Source: Candidatus Forterrea multitransposorum CG_2015-17_Forterrea_25_41
GTDB lineage: Archaea; Iainarchaeota; Iainarchaeia; Iainarchaeales; CSSED10-239
Direction of reading: 5' to 3'
NCBI GenBank assembly: GCA_009392915.1
Contig: CP045477.1
Span: 736,001-800,000 of the forward strand
DNA: 64,000 nucleotides
The notes under the pieces were generated by a model. It did no database searches and was not told the DNA's origin. It worked only from the letters and a program-made list of their open reading frames with translations. Within the stretch, counting starts at the first letter, position 1. Each line of letters begins with the position of its first letter. Positions 11,929 through 22,022 of the stretch are shown here, piece by piece. A program made the translations under genes and the position numbers.

Positions 11929-12447
11929 TTAATCAACCCAACTAAATCTATAACCTTGAGATGTTACTGTTTGGTTATTCTTTGTTGTTTTAATATATAA
12001 GTAGTAAGAGTCACCACATTTGTTACCACTATTTAAAGTTAAATCCACATTTAAACCGTTAACTTCATTTGGATTTAAATCTGTTTCATCAATTGTCTCT
12101 AAACCAGAATTATCTGTTAATGAATCTATTGTTAATTCATTATTACTTGAATCCATGATATATAACTCGTGACTTCCACCTTCACCTAATGGTCTCCAAG
12201 AGAAATTTAAGTCAGCAGTTAATGCAGTTGAATCACATGCATCATATGCAGCAACAACTTGTACAATTTGTGATGGTTGAGGAACGTCTGTTGCTTGATT
12301 TGCTTTTTCAGCTTGAGCAGCAGCAGAGTCTCTTGATTGTCCACCCATACCTACAAGTAATGCAATAACAATAACAGCAATTAATACTGCACCACCAATT
12401 AAAAGAAGATACTCAAGAGCACCTTGTCCTTTAAATTTTTTATTCAT
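11929..12447 (-). CDS. type IV pilin-like protein (class III signal peptide), candidate major pilin
   Basis: N-terminus MNKKFKGQGALEYLLLIGGAVLIAVIVIALLV. It is the first large pilin after a 130-bp AT-rich promoter-like gap and is followed by the hairpin above. Confidence 0.7.
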   Translation of the reverse strand: MNKKFKGQGALEYLLLIGGAVLIAVIVIALLVGMGGQSRDSAAAQAEKANQATDVPQPSQIVQVVAAYDACDSTALTADLNFSWRPLGEGGSHELYIMDSSNNELTIDSLTDNSGLETIDETDLNPNEVNGLNVDLTLNSGNKCGDSYYLYIKTTKNNQTVTSQGYRFSWVD

Positions 12448-12579
12448 TTTTAAACACCTTTTTTATATTTTTTAAACATCACACATAAAGTGTATAACTA
12501 ATAACTTGTACTAGTTAAATTAATTAAAATATTACATACAATATATTTATATATGTTTCTTTTCAATATTTCAAACCAA

Positions 12580-12753
12580 TTAACTATTATTAACTATTGA
12601 TTGATAGTCAGTTGCAGTCTTAACATTCTTTGCAGAAGTTTGTTTTACAAAAATTCCAACAGTTAATGCAACTAATATAACAACTCCAGTAATAATTATA
12701 AACTCTAAAGAAACCTGTCCTTTATTATCTTTTATTAATCTTCTTAATTTCAT
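12580..12753 (-). CDS. small type IV pilin-like protein (57 aa), absent from the ORF track
   Basis: My own reverse translation gives MKLRRLIKDNKGQVSLEFIIITGVVILVALTVGIFVKQTSAKNVKTATDYQSIVNNS. The KGQVSLEF class III signal matches the neighbouring pilins. Its ATG is 3 nt after the stop of the upstream platform gene. Confidence 0.5.
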   Translation of the reverse strand: MKLRRLIKDNKGQVSLEFIIITGVVILVALTVGIFVKQTSAKNVKTATDYQSIVNNS

Positions 12754-12755
12754 AT

Positions 12756-13652
12756 CTAAACCATTCCTGAAAGCATTAAATTAAGTATTACTTGAGAAAT
12801 AAAATATACTATATATCCAATAGTAATTAATACAGGGAAAAATAAAACTACAAAGCTTAAATCTCCTTCTCTCATAACACTTATCATTGATGCAGCAGCA
12901 AATATTTCAATAACAATATAAATATCTAAAAGTAAAAAGATTGTTTTTTGAGCATCTAAAGAAACTTGTAAAGCCTCTGCTGCTGCAATTCCTGAATTTA
13001 CAGCTATATCTGTTAAAAAACCAGTAATTACTCTTGTCATTCCAAAAATAAATGGAGCCACAATTGCAGAAGCAGCAACAATAAAAATTGTTTGAAGCAT
13101 TGTTTTTGTTTGTCTTTCCTTTTTAACCCTGAACAATTGTTTAGTGTCATTTGCAATTTCTTCTAAAACATCAGCTAATTGTGCACCTGTTCTTAAAGAT
13201 TCTTGAATTAAAGTAATAGTTCTTCTTACAATTTTAGATTCAATTCTTAAAGCTAAATAACTTAAAGCAACATACATTGAATCTCCCATTTCAAGTCTTC
13301 TAATAGCTTCATTAATTTCAAAAGAAAGGGGTCCGAAATCAGCAGTGGATACTTCTCTTAAAGCAAAATCAAATGAAGAACCAGCCTTCATTGTGTCTGC
13401 AATTAACTTTAAAGAATCTGGCCAATATCTTTCAATTTCTCTTATTTTTTTAAAATAAAGATACATTGGAAGACCTAAACCTAAAACTAAAGCATTTACA
13501 AATAATAAAAGTCCGATCTTTATATCTAAGAAATAACCGATTATCCCTAAGAATATACTTGCAAAAAATATTAAAACAATCCATATTTTTGCAGGAATCT
13601 TTATTTTTAAAGCATATAAAAATACTTGATATCTGTCTAATCCTTTACTCAA
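12756..13652 (-). CDS. type II secretion system F domain (TadC/FlaJ-like) pilus platform membrane protein
   Basis: 298 aa with TM helices flanking a cytoplasmic domain (FGPLSFEINEAIRRLEMGDSMYVALSYLA), which resembles the GspF/TadC conserved region. Confidence 0.65.
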   Translation of the reverse strand: MSKGLDRYQVFLYALKIKIPAKIWIVLIFFASIFLGIIGYFLDIKIGLLLFVNALVLGLGLPMYLYFKKIREIERYWPDSLKLIADTMKAGSSFDFALREVSTADFGPLSFEINEAIRRLEMGDSMYVALSYLALRIESKIVRRTITLIQESLRTGAQLADVLEEIANDTKQLFRVKKERQTKTMLQTIFIVAASAIVAPFIFGMTRVITGFLTDIAVNSGIAAAEALQVSLDAQKTIFLLLDIYIVIEIFAAASMISVMREGDLSFVVLFFPVLITIGYIVYFISQVILNLMLSGMV

Positions 13653-13658
13653 ATTAAA

Positions 13659-14804
13659 TCACATTTTTGGTTCAATCATTTTAATATAATATACTAAAAA
13701 GATGAATATTATTGGTAGTGCTACTGCAAAAATTAAAGTTAATGTTGTTGGTGTCATAACTCCTGGTAAAAACAAAGATCCATCTTGTCCTAGAGGAGCA
13801 TTTGCAATTGCACCTAAAATTGCAGCAAATACAGGCATAACAATAGCCATGAAAATAAAAATAATTCCAAAGAAATTCATTTTTTCTCCGAATGTTTTAG
13901 TAGATTCTAAAAGATCAAAAGATACTGTGTCTGCAACACTATTAATTGTGCTTGCCAAATTACCACCTGTATTTAATGTTCTAACAATGTGGAAAAGTGC
14001 AATGTTATAATTTTTAGATTGACTTCTTAATGCAGAATGTCTTAAAGCTGTTTTTGTATCAGTACCATTTTCAATTTCTAAGATGGTTCTATTCATTTCT
14101 TCTGATAATACACCATAATCATTTGCAGCAACAGATTGTAATACTTTATAAAGACCAATACCTGCTTGAAGTTCTGTTGCAATATGTCTTAAAGCAAATG
14201 GAAGTTCAATATCAATATAGACTCCTCTGGATTTTGCTTTTTGCATTGGAATAACATATGAAAGAATAAAAACAAATACTAAAAATAAAATTGGCCAAAT
14301 AAAAAGGATACTAACTGTCCATAAAGGCATAGTTGCAACAAAAATAATTAATAATAAAAAAGATAAAAAACTTGCAATCAATAAAGAAAATATAGTTGAA
14401 AGAACTAAATGTTGTACTAATGTTCTTTTATAGTTTGCAGAGGTTAAATAATAAGATATTTTTTTACCTAAAGAATTCTTTAAAATATATAAAACCACAG
14501 AATCAACTAATTTTTTAAAAGGTTTATAATATTTAGCAGCACTTTTTTCAAGAGTACCTTCTGTATTTGCAGCTAATTTATTTTCAGCATCAACATCAAA
14601 CTGAGAAAGTCTACCTTGAGAAATTACTTCTCTTAGTTCTTTTAAATGACCTTCAGATAAAGATTCAGATGTAATATTTTTGTCCTTTTCTTTCATTTTT
14701 TTAACAATATTTTGAACAGCATCTAAATCTACATCTAAGTCGTCTTTCTTGGATTTATTTTTTTCTAAATCACTTTTTAAAAGTTCTAATTTTTTTGAAT
14801 CCAT
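13659..14804 (-). CDS. type II secretion system F domain (TadB/FlaJ-like) pilus platform membrane protein
   Basis: 381 aa with LPFALRHIATELQAGIGLYKVLQSVA, the characteristic GspF-domain motif, plus TM helices. It lies directly downstream of the ATPase. Confidence 0.7.
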   Translation of the reverse strand: MDSKKLELLKSDLEKNKSKKDDLDVDLDAVQNIVKKMKEKDKNITSESLSEGHLKELREVISQGRLSQFDVDAENKLAANTEGTLEKSAAKYYKPFKKLVDSVVLYILKNSLGKKISYYLTSANYKRTLVQHLVLSTIFSLLIASFLSFLLLIIFVATMPLWTVSILFIWPILFLVFVFILSYVIPMQKAKSRGVYIDIELPFALRHIATELQAGIGLYKVLQSVAANDYGVLSEEMNRTILEIENGTDTKTALRHSALRSQSKNYNIALFHIVRTLNTGGNLASTINSVADTVSFDLLESTKTFGEKMNFFGIIFIFMAIVMPVFAAILGAIANAPLGQDGSLFLPGVMTPTTLTLIFAVALPIIFIFLVYYIKMIEPKM

Positions 14805-14840
14805 TAAAATCTTTTTTTTAATTTATTTTAAATATATATA

Positions 14841-16856
14841 CTATCTTTTTAGTATATATTCTTTTTGGACTTCATGTGCAACATCATTAATAGCCCTAAT
14901 TTTCTTAGAACGTAAATCTTCAAGGATTTTTGCTCTATCACTAATTTTATTTAAAATATCTTGATCATTTAAGTTTGTGTATGTTTTAATTAAATCAAAG
15001 TAAAGAATAGGTTCTTTAGTTCTTTCAAGAGAATCTGTTTCAGGATTCCAAACAAAGACCATATTTATCTTTGGATCTCCATCTAACACACCCATAATCT
15101 CTGCAATTGCAGTAATTCTTCTAACTTGTCCTTTTGAAGTTCTTAATCTTTTTTGAATAATTATAAAATCAATTCCTGCAAGCATTAATGGAGGAACATC
15201 CATTGGTGGTGAAGTTAATCTTACAATTGTTTCTTTTGCAGAATTTGCGTGCACTGTACCCATACAACCATCGTGACCAGTGTTCATGGCAGTGAAAAGA
15301 GTAGTTGCTTCTTTGTGTCTAATTTCACCTACAACTATTCTATCAGGTCTCATTCTTAAAGTGTTTTTAGTTAAGATTTCTAAACTTAATTCACCTTTTC
15401 CTTCTAGGCCTGGTGGTTTTCCTTCAAATCTAATTACATGCTTTATAGGAAGTCTTAATTCCGCAGTGTCTTCAATTGTTAATATTCTGTCTGCTTCTGG
15501 AATAAAGTTTGCAAGAACATTTAATGTAGTTGTTTTTCCAGAACCAGTACCACCTGAAATTAAAATATTTGCAGGTTTTGCACCAAATCCTTCAACAACA
15601 CACCACAAAAATGCAGCTACTTCTAAATTAAGTGTTTTAAAGTTTATTAAATCAACTATAGTGTAAGGATCATCTCTGAACTTTCTAATAGTAACTGTAG
15701 AACCATCAATTGATGCTGGAGGCACAGTAGCATTTACACGAGAACCATCTGGAAGTCTTGCATCTAAAAGAGGATTTGAAATATCTACACTTCTTCCTAA
15801 AGATCTTGCAATTTTATCAATAATATCATTAATTCCATCATCTGAAAAGAAAATAATATTTGTTGTCATCATTCCATAATCTACATGGTAAACATATACT
15901 GGTTTTTTAGGACCAACAATCATAATTTCTTCTAATTTGTCATCTTCAAGTAATGGTTCAATCACACCATAACCAGTCATTTCTTTAACAACTGCATCTG
16001 CATAAAAAGGATAAAGATGTTTTGGGATATTTATTTCTTGTGCAGTTTCTAAAATATCAATTACTTTTTGATAATATATGTTTTTTCTTTGAAGAGGATC
16101 TCTTATTTTATAAGGATCAGAAGCAACAAGTCTTGTGGTTGCTTCTTTTAAAGTATTAATTATAATTTTTTGACTAGGATTTGGTTTTGGAACAGGAACA
16201 GAATAGTGTAATATAGATTGAGTGTCAAGTCTATAAATTTTAACTTCACCATATTTTGTAACTAATGTAGCCCCATCAATTTTTTCTTCTTGTTTTTCAA
16301 AAGCAGAATCTCCTTTTGTTTCAGAAAGTTCTGAAGATTTTATTTCTGAATTAGTATTAAGTGCTTTTAATTTTGAAAGGGCATCAAGTTTATTTTGTTT
16401 TTGTGTATCTGTATCAAAAACAGAATCTTTATCATCTTCAATTAATTTTTTTTCTTTTTCAGATAAATCACCAATATCTAATGTTTTTGATTTTTCTTGA
16501 GAGTCTTGTTTTTCAGCATTTTTTGCTTTTAATCTTTCAAATAAAGAATCTTGTGATTCTGTTGAATTTACTTTTTCTTGTTTTTTAGAAGAATCAAATT
16601 CAGATAAATCCATTATTTTTTTGTTTTGTGTAAAAGAAGATGGCTCTTGTGATTTATTGTGAGAATCAACATCAACAGATTTTTTTTCAAAAAAGTTATC
16701 TTGCTTTAAAGTTTCTTTTTTAGAATCTAGAGAAATTTCTTCTTTCTTTTCAGGTGCATTTTCAGCAGCTTTTCTAGCTTCTTCTTTTTGTTTATCTTTT
16801 TCTAAACTATATTTTCCAACTAAATCATCAATATATGAGGGCATAAAATTATTCAC
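14841..16856 (-). CDS. type IV pilus assembly ATPase (FlaI/PilB/TadA, secretion ATPase family) with a long disordered N-terminal extension
   Basis: Walker A GGTGSGKTTTLN, Asp box and Walker B (ILTIEDTAELRLP), and His box (MNTGHDGCMGTVHANS). The first ~230 aa are K/E/D/S-rich low complexity. Confidence 0.9.
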   Translation of the reverse strand: MNNFMPSYIDDLVGKYSLEKDKQKEEARKAAENAPEKKEEISLDSKKETLKQDNFFEKKSVDVDSHNKSQEPSSFTQNKKIMDLSEFDSSKKQEKVNSTESQDSLFERLKAKNAEKQDSQEKSKTLDIGDLSEKEKKLIEDDKDSVFDTDTQKQNKLDALSKLKALNTNSEIKSSELSETKGDSAFEKQEEKIDGATLVTKYGEVKIYRLDTQSILHYSVPVPKPNPSQKIIINTLKEATTRLVASDPYKIRDPLQRKNIYYQKVIDILETAQEINIPKHLYPFYADAVVKEMTGYGVIEPLLEDDKLEEIMIVGPKKPVYVYHVDYGMMTTNIIFFSDDGINDIIDKIARSLGRSVDISNPLLDARLPDGSRVNATVPPASIDGSTVTIRKFRDDPYTIVDLINFKTLNLEVAAFLWCVVEGFGAKPANILISGGTGSGKTTTLNVLANFIPEADRILTIEDTAELRLPIKHVIRFEGKPPGLEGKGELSLEILTKNTLRMRPDRIVVGEIRHKEATTLFTAMNTGHDGCMGTVHANSAKETIVRLTSPPMDVPPLMLAGIDFIIIQKRLRTSKGQVRRITAIAEIMGVLDGDPKINMVFVWNPETDSLERTKEPILYFDLIKTYTNLNDQDILNKISDRAKILEDLRSKKIRAINDVAHEVQKEYILKR

Positions 16857-17838
16857 CTTGTTTATTTGAGTTTATTAAAATAATTTGTGCAAGTAAAGCT
16901 TCAAGCTGTATTCTATCATTTGCACCTTCAACTAATCTAAAATTAATTTCTGCTATACGATCAATAATTTTTACTTTTAAATTAATTGTAATTTTATCTT
17001 CAGGATAGACTATAAATTTTTTATAAATTTGATTAATTACATCTTCTCCACTTAGACCTTGCTCAAAAAGAAGTTTTTCCATAAAACCTCTTGCTTTTAA
17101 AAAATCCCCTTCAAGACAAGCATCAATCATATGAAAAATGTCTTGTGGTTGAGCAGAATTTGAAACTTCATAAATTATTTCTTTTGTAATTTTATCCCCA
17201 ATAGATGAAGCTGCTTGAAGATAGTTAATTGCAGTTCTCATATCTCCTTCACAAACATCATAAATTGCATCTAATGCATCTTGATCATAAGAAACATTTT
17301 CTTTTGTAAGAATCATTGTTAAATATTTAATAATATCTTCTTTTAAGATTGGTTTAAATTTATAAAGAGAACATCTACTTTGTATTGGTGTTATTAATTT
17401 TGAAGAATAATTTGCATTAAGAATAAACCTTACAGTACCAGTATATTTTTCCATAGTTCTTCTTAAAGCTTGTTGAGCATCAACTGTTAAGGCATCTGCT
17501 TCATCTAAGAATATTATTTTAAAGTCTGCACCTAAAGGTATTGTTCTTGAAAAATCTTTTATAGCTCCTCTAACAACACCAATACCTCTTTCATCAGAAG
17601 CATTAAGTTCTAAAAAATCTTGTGAGAAAGTATTTTGAAAAAGTTCTTTTGCAAGAGCTACTGCTGAACAAGTTTTTCCAACACCTGGAGGTCCTGCAAA
17701 TAAAAGATTAGGCATACTTCTTTTTTCTACATATTTTTTTAATCTAGGGACTACATGTGTCTGACCAACCATTTGATCTAAAGTCTTTGGTCTATATTTT
17801 TCTGTCCATGGAAAAGAAGCATCTGTTTTTAATGTCAA
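16849..17838 (-). CDS. rfcS: replication factor C small subunit
   Basis: WTEKYRPKTL, Walker A GPPGVGKT, DEAD-like IIFLDEAD, and the SRC motif PIQSRC. At 329 aa it is typical for archaeal RfcS. Confidence 0.9.
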   Translation of the reverse strand: MTLKTDASFPWTEKYRPKTLDQMVGQTHVVPRLKKYVEKRSMPNLLFAGPPGVGKTCSAVALAKELFQNTFSQDFLELNASDERGIGVVRGAIKDFSRTIPLGADFKIIFLDEADALTVDAQQALRRTMEKYTGTVRFILNANYSSKLITPIQSRCSLYKFKPILKEDIIKYLTMILTKENVSYDQDALDAIYDVCEGDMRTAINYLQAASSIGDKITKEIIYEVSNSAQPQDIFHMIDACLEGDFLKARGFMEKLLFEQGLSGEDVINQIYKKFIVYPEDKITINLKVKIIDRIAEINFRLVEGANDRIQLEALLAQIILINSNKQGE

Positions 17839-17925
17839 AATTAATCACTCTATTTTATATTTTTATAATTAATATAGTAATACAATATATTTATAATACT
17901 TTTTAAAAAAACAACTTAATTTAAA

Positions 17926-18927
17926 TTATAAAAATAAATTTTTAAAAATATCATAAAAATAAGCTTCAAAAAAAGAACCTGTGAGTGCAAAAAATATTGC
18001 AAAACCTAAAAGAACAATTGAATATTTTAAAATTAAAAAAAATCTATCAGTATCCTTAAAATCAGTTTTTATTGAAATAGCTAAAATTATTCCTGCAATC
18101 GTACTAAAAAAATAACCAATTGCTTCTAAGAATATATGTGGTATAGCACTCCAAAATACAGCTAAAAAAACTACTGAAAAAGAAACATTATAAACTAAAC
18201 TGTACAAAGACATATATTGTGTAAAAATAACACCCCAAAGAATAGCATTCCAAACAACAATTAAAATACCTGCTGAGGGAAATATTAAAGCAAATAAAAA
18301 ACAAACAAATATTACTGATAAATTATTTACAAAAATATCTTTAAAAATAATTAATTTATCTTGATTTTCAAAGCCAATATCTTTTGAAGGAACTAAATTA
18401 TTATCCCAACCAATAGTTGAAAAAGCATTGCTTGATACTTCAAAAGGAGCAATTAAAATAAATAACATAACAGTTAAAAAAACACCTAAGAAAAAAATTA
18501 AAAAAAGATCAACTAAATCTTTATTTTCATCATATAATTGATTAAATCTTAAAAAATTAGTTTTTTTAGGAACAGACATTTCAACCATACTAATTCCTTT
18601 ATGCTCAATTTTTTTAGATCTTCCAAACAATAATTGACTATATTTTGATTGTTTATAAATTTGTGGCATTAAAAACAAAGTTGTTAAAATTATTGTAAAT
18701 AAACCTATATTTTCAGGAAAAATCAAAATAGATAATAAAAGAGAAAAAAGAACTCCAAAAGCTGCTAAGAAAAAATATTTTAAGTTTTTTAATAAAGTTT
18801 GTTTATTATCTTTAAAATAATTAATTATAGAAAACTTTTTTTTAGATACTGGTATGGCTGCTTTTTTTTTAATAGATTTAGTATTAATAAAACTAATTGT
18901 TGTTAAATCTGATTTTTTATCAGCCAT
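17926..18927 (-). CDS. polytopic membrane protein, unknown function
   Basis: 333 aa with a basic N-terminus followed by multiple TM helices. No motif recognised. Confidence 0.4.
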   Translation of the reverse strand: MADKKSDLTTISFINTKSIKKKAAIPVSKKKFSIINYFKDNKQTLLKNLKYFFLAAFGVLFSLLLSILIFPENIGLFTIILTTLFLMPQIYKQSKYSQLLFGRSKKIEHKGISMVEMSVPKKTNFLRFNQLYDENKDLVDLFLIFFLGVFLTVMLFILIAPFEVSSNAFSTIGWDNNLVPSKDIGFENQDKLIIFKDIFVNNLSVIFVCFLFALIFPSAGILIVVWNAILWGVIFTQYMSLYSLVYNVSFSVVFLAVFWSAIPHIFLEAIGYFFSTIAGIILAISIKTDFKDTDRFFLILKYSIVLLGFAIFFALTGSFFEAYFYDIFKNLFL

Positions 18928-19049
18928 AGAAATATAATCTATAAAAAAATATATAAACTAAGTGTTTTTTTAAATAAGAAAGATATTTATAGTTTTTAGT
19001 CTATAATTATTTAATATTTATTAAAAGAATTAATATAAAGAGAAAAATT

Positions 19050-19451
19050 ATGAAAAAAATAAATTATAATATGCTTATATGGTTTATAATTACTCTTGTA
19101 GTTAGTTATTTACTTGTATATCTTATAACACCAGGAGATTTTTTCAAATCACCAATGTATATGCTACTTCCTATTGTTGGTTTCTTTGGAATGTATTATT
19201 TTTCAGAATATGTTTTAAAATATATGGCTTTAAAGAACAAATATCATTTGTTAATTATGTTTGTAGTTGTAGGAATAGTTAGTTATTTTCTAGCAATCTT
19301 CTTTTTCTATTGGAATATCATAAACTTAAATAATCTTCCAATGAAAGAATTATTCAAATTTTTGTTTAATAATTATGATTTATTTTTTAAATCTGCATTT
19401 TTAGAGTTTATTATTTCAGGAGCAATAGGAATTATTGCTTCTAAAAAATAA
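19050..19451 (+). CDS. small integral membrane protein
   Basis: 133 aa with four hydrophobic helices. Confidence 0.4.
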   Translation: MKKINYNMLIWFIITLVVSYLLVYLITPGDFFKSPMYMLLPIVGFFGMYYFSEYVLKYMALKNKYHLLIMFVVVGIVSYFLAIFFFYWNIINLNNLPMKELFKFLFNNYDLFFKSAFLEFIISGAIGIIASKK

Positions 19452-19471
19452 ATTAAGGTAAAAGATTTAAA

Positions 19472-20701
19472 ATGTCAAAACTATTTGTAAAAACATATGG
19501 CTGTACACTTAATAAAAAAGATACAGAAAATGTTGTAAAAGAACATAATTTTACAGAAGAATTTTCTGAAATAAAAAAAGCAGACTATATATTTATTAAT
19601 ACTTGTGGTGTTAAAGAACAAACACAAACAAAAATATTGAACTTTTTAAAAAAATTAAACGAAAATAAAATACCACAAGAAAAAATAATTATTTTTGGAT
19701 GTTTAGTGAATATTGATAAAGAAGCGTTAGTAAGTGAAATGCCAAATGCAAAATACTTTAAAGTTTCAGAAAAAGAAAAAATAGAAAGTATAATCAATAA
19801 TATTGAAAATAATAAATCATCAAATAAGAAAAACACACAAACTATTATTCTATCAAACGGATGTTTAGGAAATTGTTATTATTGTGCAGTTAAGTTTGCT
19901 AGAGGAAAACTTGAAAGTAAACCTATTGAAAAAATAATAAAAGAAATAGAATATTCTGTTAATGAAGAAAAATCTAAAGAAATATTATTAACATCACAAG
20001 ATAATGGATGTTATGGTTTTGATATTAATGAAAACTTAAATACTCTTTTAAAAAAAATAATTGAAATAAAAGGAGATTTTAAAATAAGAATTGGAATGGC
20101 AAATCCACAACACTTAAAAATAATTATTAATGAATTAATTGAAATTTATAAAAATGAAAAAATATATAAATTTCTACACATTCCAATTCAATCAGGAAGT
20201 AACAAAATTTTAAAAGAAATGAATAGATATTATACAATTGAAGATGTTTATGATATTATTGAGAAATTTAAAAAAGAAATTCCTGACATTTCAATAGGCA
20301 CAGATATTATTGTAGGATACCCTACAGAAACTGAAAATGATTTTCAAGAAACTATAGATTTTATTAAAAAAATAAAACCAAATTTTATTAATCTTTCAAG
20401 ATTTGGAATGAGAAAAAATATTGAAGCTAAAAAATATAAAGATTTAATTTCTAGAACTAAAAAAGAAAGATCTAGAAAAGTCACTAAAATATTTGAAGAT
20501 TATTTATTAGATAAAAATAAAGAAGAAATTGGTAAAGAAAAAGAAATAATAATCACAGAAATTGGAAAAAATAATAAATATATAGGTAAAACAAATAATT
20601 ATTTATCAGTTGTAATTGATGAAAATGTAAAAATTGGTCAAAAAGTTAAAGTTAAAATTATTGATGCTGATAAATATAATTTAAAAGGCACTATTTTATA
20701 A
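19472..20701 (+). CDS. radical SAM methylthiotransferase, MiaB/MtaB (CDKAL1-like) family tRNA-modifying enzyme
   Basis: N-terminal MTTase domain (KTYGCTLNKKDTE), radical SAM Cx3Cx2C (GCLGNCYYCAV) and a C-terminal TRAM-like domain. Confidence 0.85.
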   Translation: MSKLFVKTYGCTLNKKDTENVVKEHNFTEEFSEIKKADYIFINTCGVKEQTQTKILNFLKKLNENKIPQEKIIIFGCLVNIDKEALVSEMPNAKYFKVSEKEKIESIINNIENNKSSNKKNTQTIILSNGCLGNCYYCAVKFARGKLESKPIEKIIKEIEYSVNEEKSKEILLTSQDNGCYGFDINENLNTLLKKIIEIKGDFKIRIGMANPQHLKIIINELIEIYKNEKIYKFLHIPIQSGSNKILKEMNRYYTIEDVYDIIEKFKKEIPDISIGTDIIVGYPTETENDFQETIDFIKKIKPNFINLSRFGMRKNIEAKKYKDLISRTKKERSRKVTKIFEDYLLDKNKEEIGKEKEIIITEIGKNNKYIGKTNNYLSVVIDENVKIGQKVKVKIIDADKYNLKGTIL

Positions 20702-20792
20702 TCCAAAATAAAACACAACATAAGATTAGGTTTTTAAAGTAATTGTTACTAATTATATAATATATCTTATTTAATTTAAAAGTGTATGATTT

Positions 20793-21512
20793 ATGGATTT
20801 TGTATTAAGTTTTAAAAAATATGTAGAAAACTACAAACTAGCTTTTTCTTACAGTATATTATTTATCTTTCTTTTATTTGTTATTGATCCTTTAATAAGT
20901 ATTTTTGGAGGAACCTTAAATATATCTTATAATATTGTAAATAATACTTTGCAAGGAACTATTATTCTTTTATTTACAACTTTTATATTATTTTTTATTT
21001 ATTCATTAATACAAACTGTTTTAATATATAAAATTGGAAAAGATTATAATTTTTCTGCAACTGTGCCTTTTAATAAAATTAAAAATTCTTTTTATAAATT
21101 ATTAAAATTTAATTTTTCAACATTTTTATTATTATTTTTAATATCATCTATATTTTATGATTTAGGTATATTAAATAATTTCATTGTACAATTTATTTTA
21201 TTAGTTATAACAGTAGGTATTTGGTTTGTTCCACAAATCATGATTCTTGAAAACGAACAAATACCAAAATCAATTCTTTTAAGTATTAAATATTTCCAAA
21301 GAAATTGGTTCCACTTTATAACTTTATTTATTAGTTCTTTTATATTAATTATAATCACAAGCATAATAGATGTTTTAATAAAAGGTTCTGCAGGAATTAT
21401 TATATCTACTGGTTTTTTAGTGATTTTTGTAATTCCATTTATTGAAATTTTAAAAACAGAGATATATCTTAATAAATATAACTTATTAAAACCTAGACAT
21501 CAATTAAAATGA
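20793..21512 (+). CDS. polytopic membrane protein, unknown function
   Basis: 239 aa with six or more hydrophobic helices. Confidence 0.4.
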   Translation: MDFVLSFKKYVENYKLAFSYSILFIFLLFVIDPLISIFGGTLNISYNIVNNTLQGTIILLFTTFILFFIYSLIQTVLIYKIGKDYNFSATVPFNKIKNSFYKLLKFNFSTFLLLFLISSIFYDLGILNNFIVQFILLVITVGIWFVPQIMILENEQIPKSILLSIKYFQRNWFHFITLFISSFILIIITSIIDVLIKGSAGIIISTGFLVIFVIPFIEILKTEIYLNKYNLLKPRHQLK

Positions 21513-21536
21513 ATACTTAAAAGAGGTTGAAGTAAA

Positions 21537-22007
21537 ATGCAAATTATTGATAAAATTGACAAACACATTATTGAAAAATTAATAAATGATGGAAGAATTT
21601 CATTTGCAAATATTGCAAAAGACATTAATTTAACAGATGTTGCAATTAAAAAAAGACTTGAAAGACTTAAGCAAAGAGGAATTATAAAAAATATATTTGC
21701 AGAAATTGATTATAATATTATAGGTTATAATGAAATCATTGAACTTTTAATTTGTTTAGATCCTTCTAAAAAAAACGAAATTATTAAAAAATTAAAAGAA
21801 AATGAAGATATATTAAATATAAGTGAAGTTACAGGAGAATATAACTTAATTTGTAAAATAATTGCACAAGATAAACCTGATCTTAAAATAGTTTTAGATA
21901 ATATTTATTCTGTTGATGGAATAATTAAAGTAAATGTTTTTACTATTTTAAAAGAACATAAAAACAGTAAAAGCCTACCAAGTAAAATATTACAAACAAC
22001 TTTCTAA
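21537..22007 (+). CDS. lrp: Lrp/AsnC family transcriptional regulator
   Basis: AsnC-type HTH DKHIIEKLINDGRISFANIAKDINLTDVAIKKRLERLKQRGII followed by a RAM-type C-terminal domain. Length 156 aa. Confidence 0.85.
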   Translation: MQIIDKIDKHIIEKLINDGRISFANIAKDINLTDVAIKKRLERLKQRGIIKNIFAEIDYNIIGYNEIIELLICLDPSKKNEIIKKLKENEDILNISEVTGEYNLICKIIAQDKPDLKIVLDNIYSVDGIIKVNVFTILKEHKNSKSLPSKILQTTF

Positions 22008-22022
22008 AAGAGCTGTTAATTA

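Noticed and set aside
13466-14254. Small plus-strand ORFs (63, 102 and 74 aa) overlapping the two platform-protein genes.
   Set aside because: They are antisense to GspF-domain genes and have compositionally biased translations.
15280-15666. 128-aa plus-strand ORF inside the pilus ATPase gene. A similar one lies at 16361..16588.
   Set aside because: They are antisense to a strongly supported ATPase CDS. No motif was found and there is no start context.
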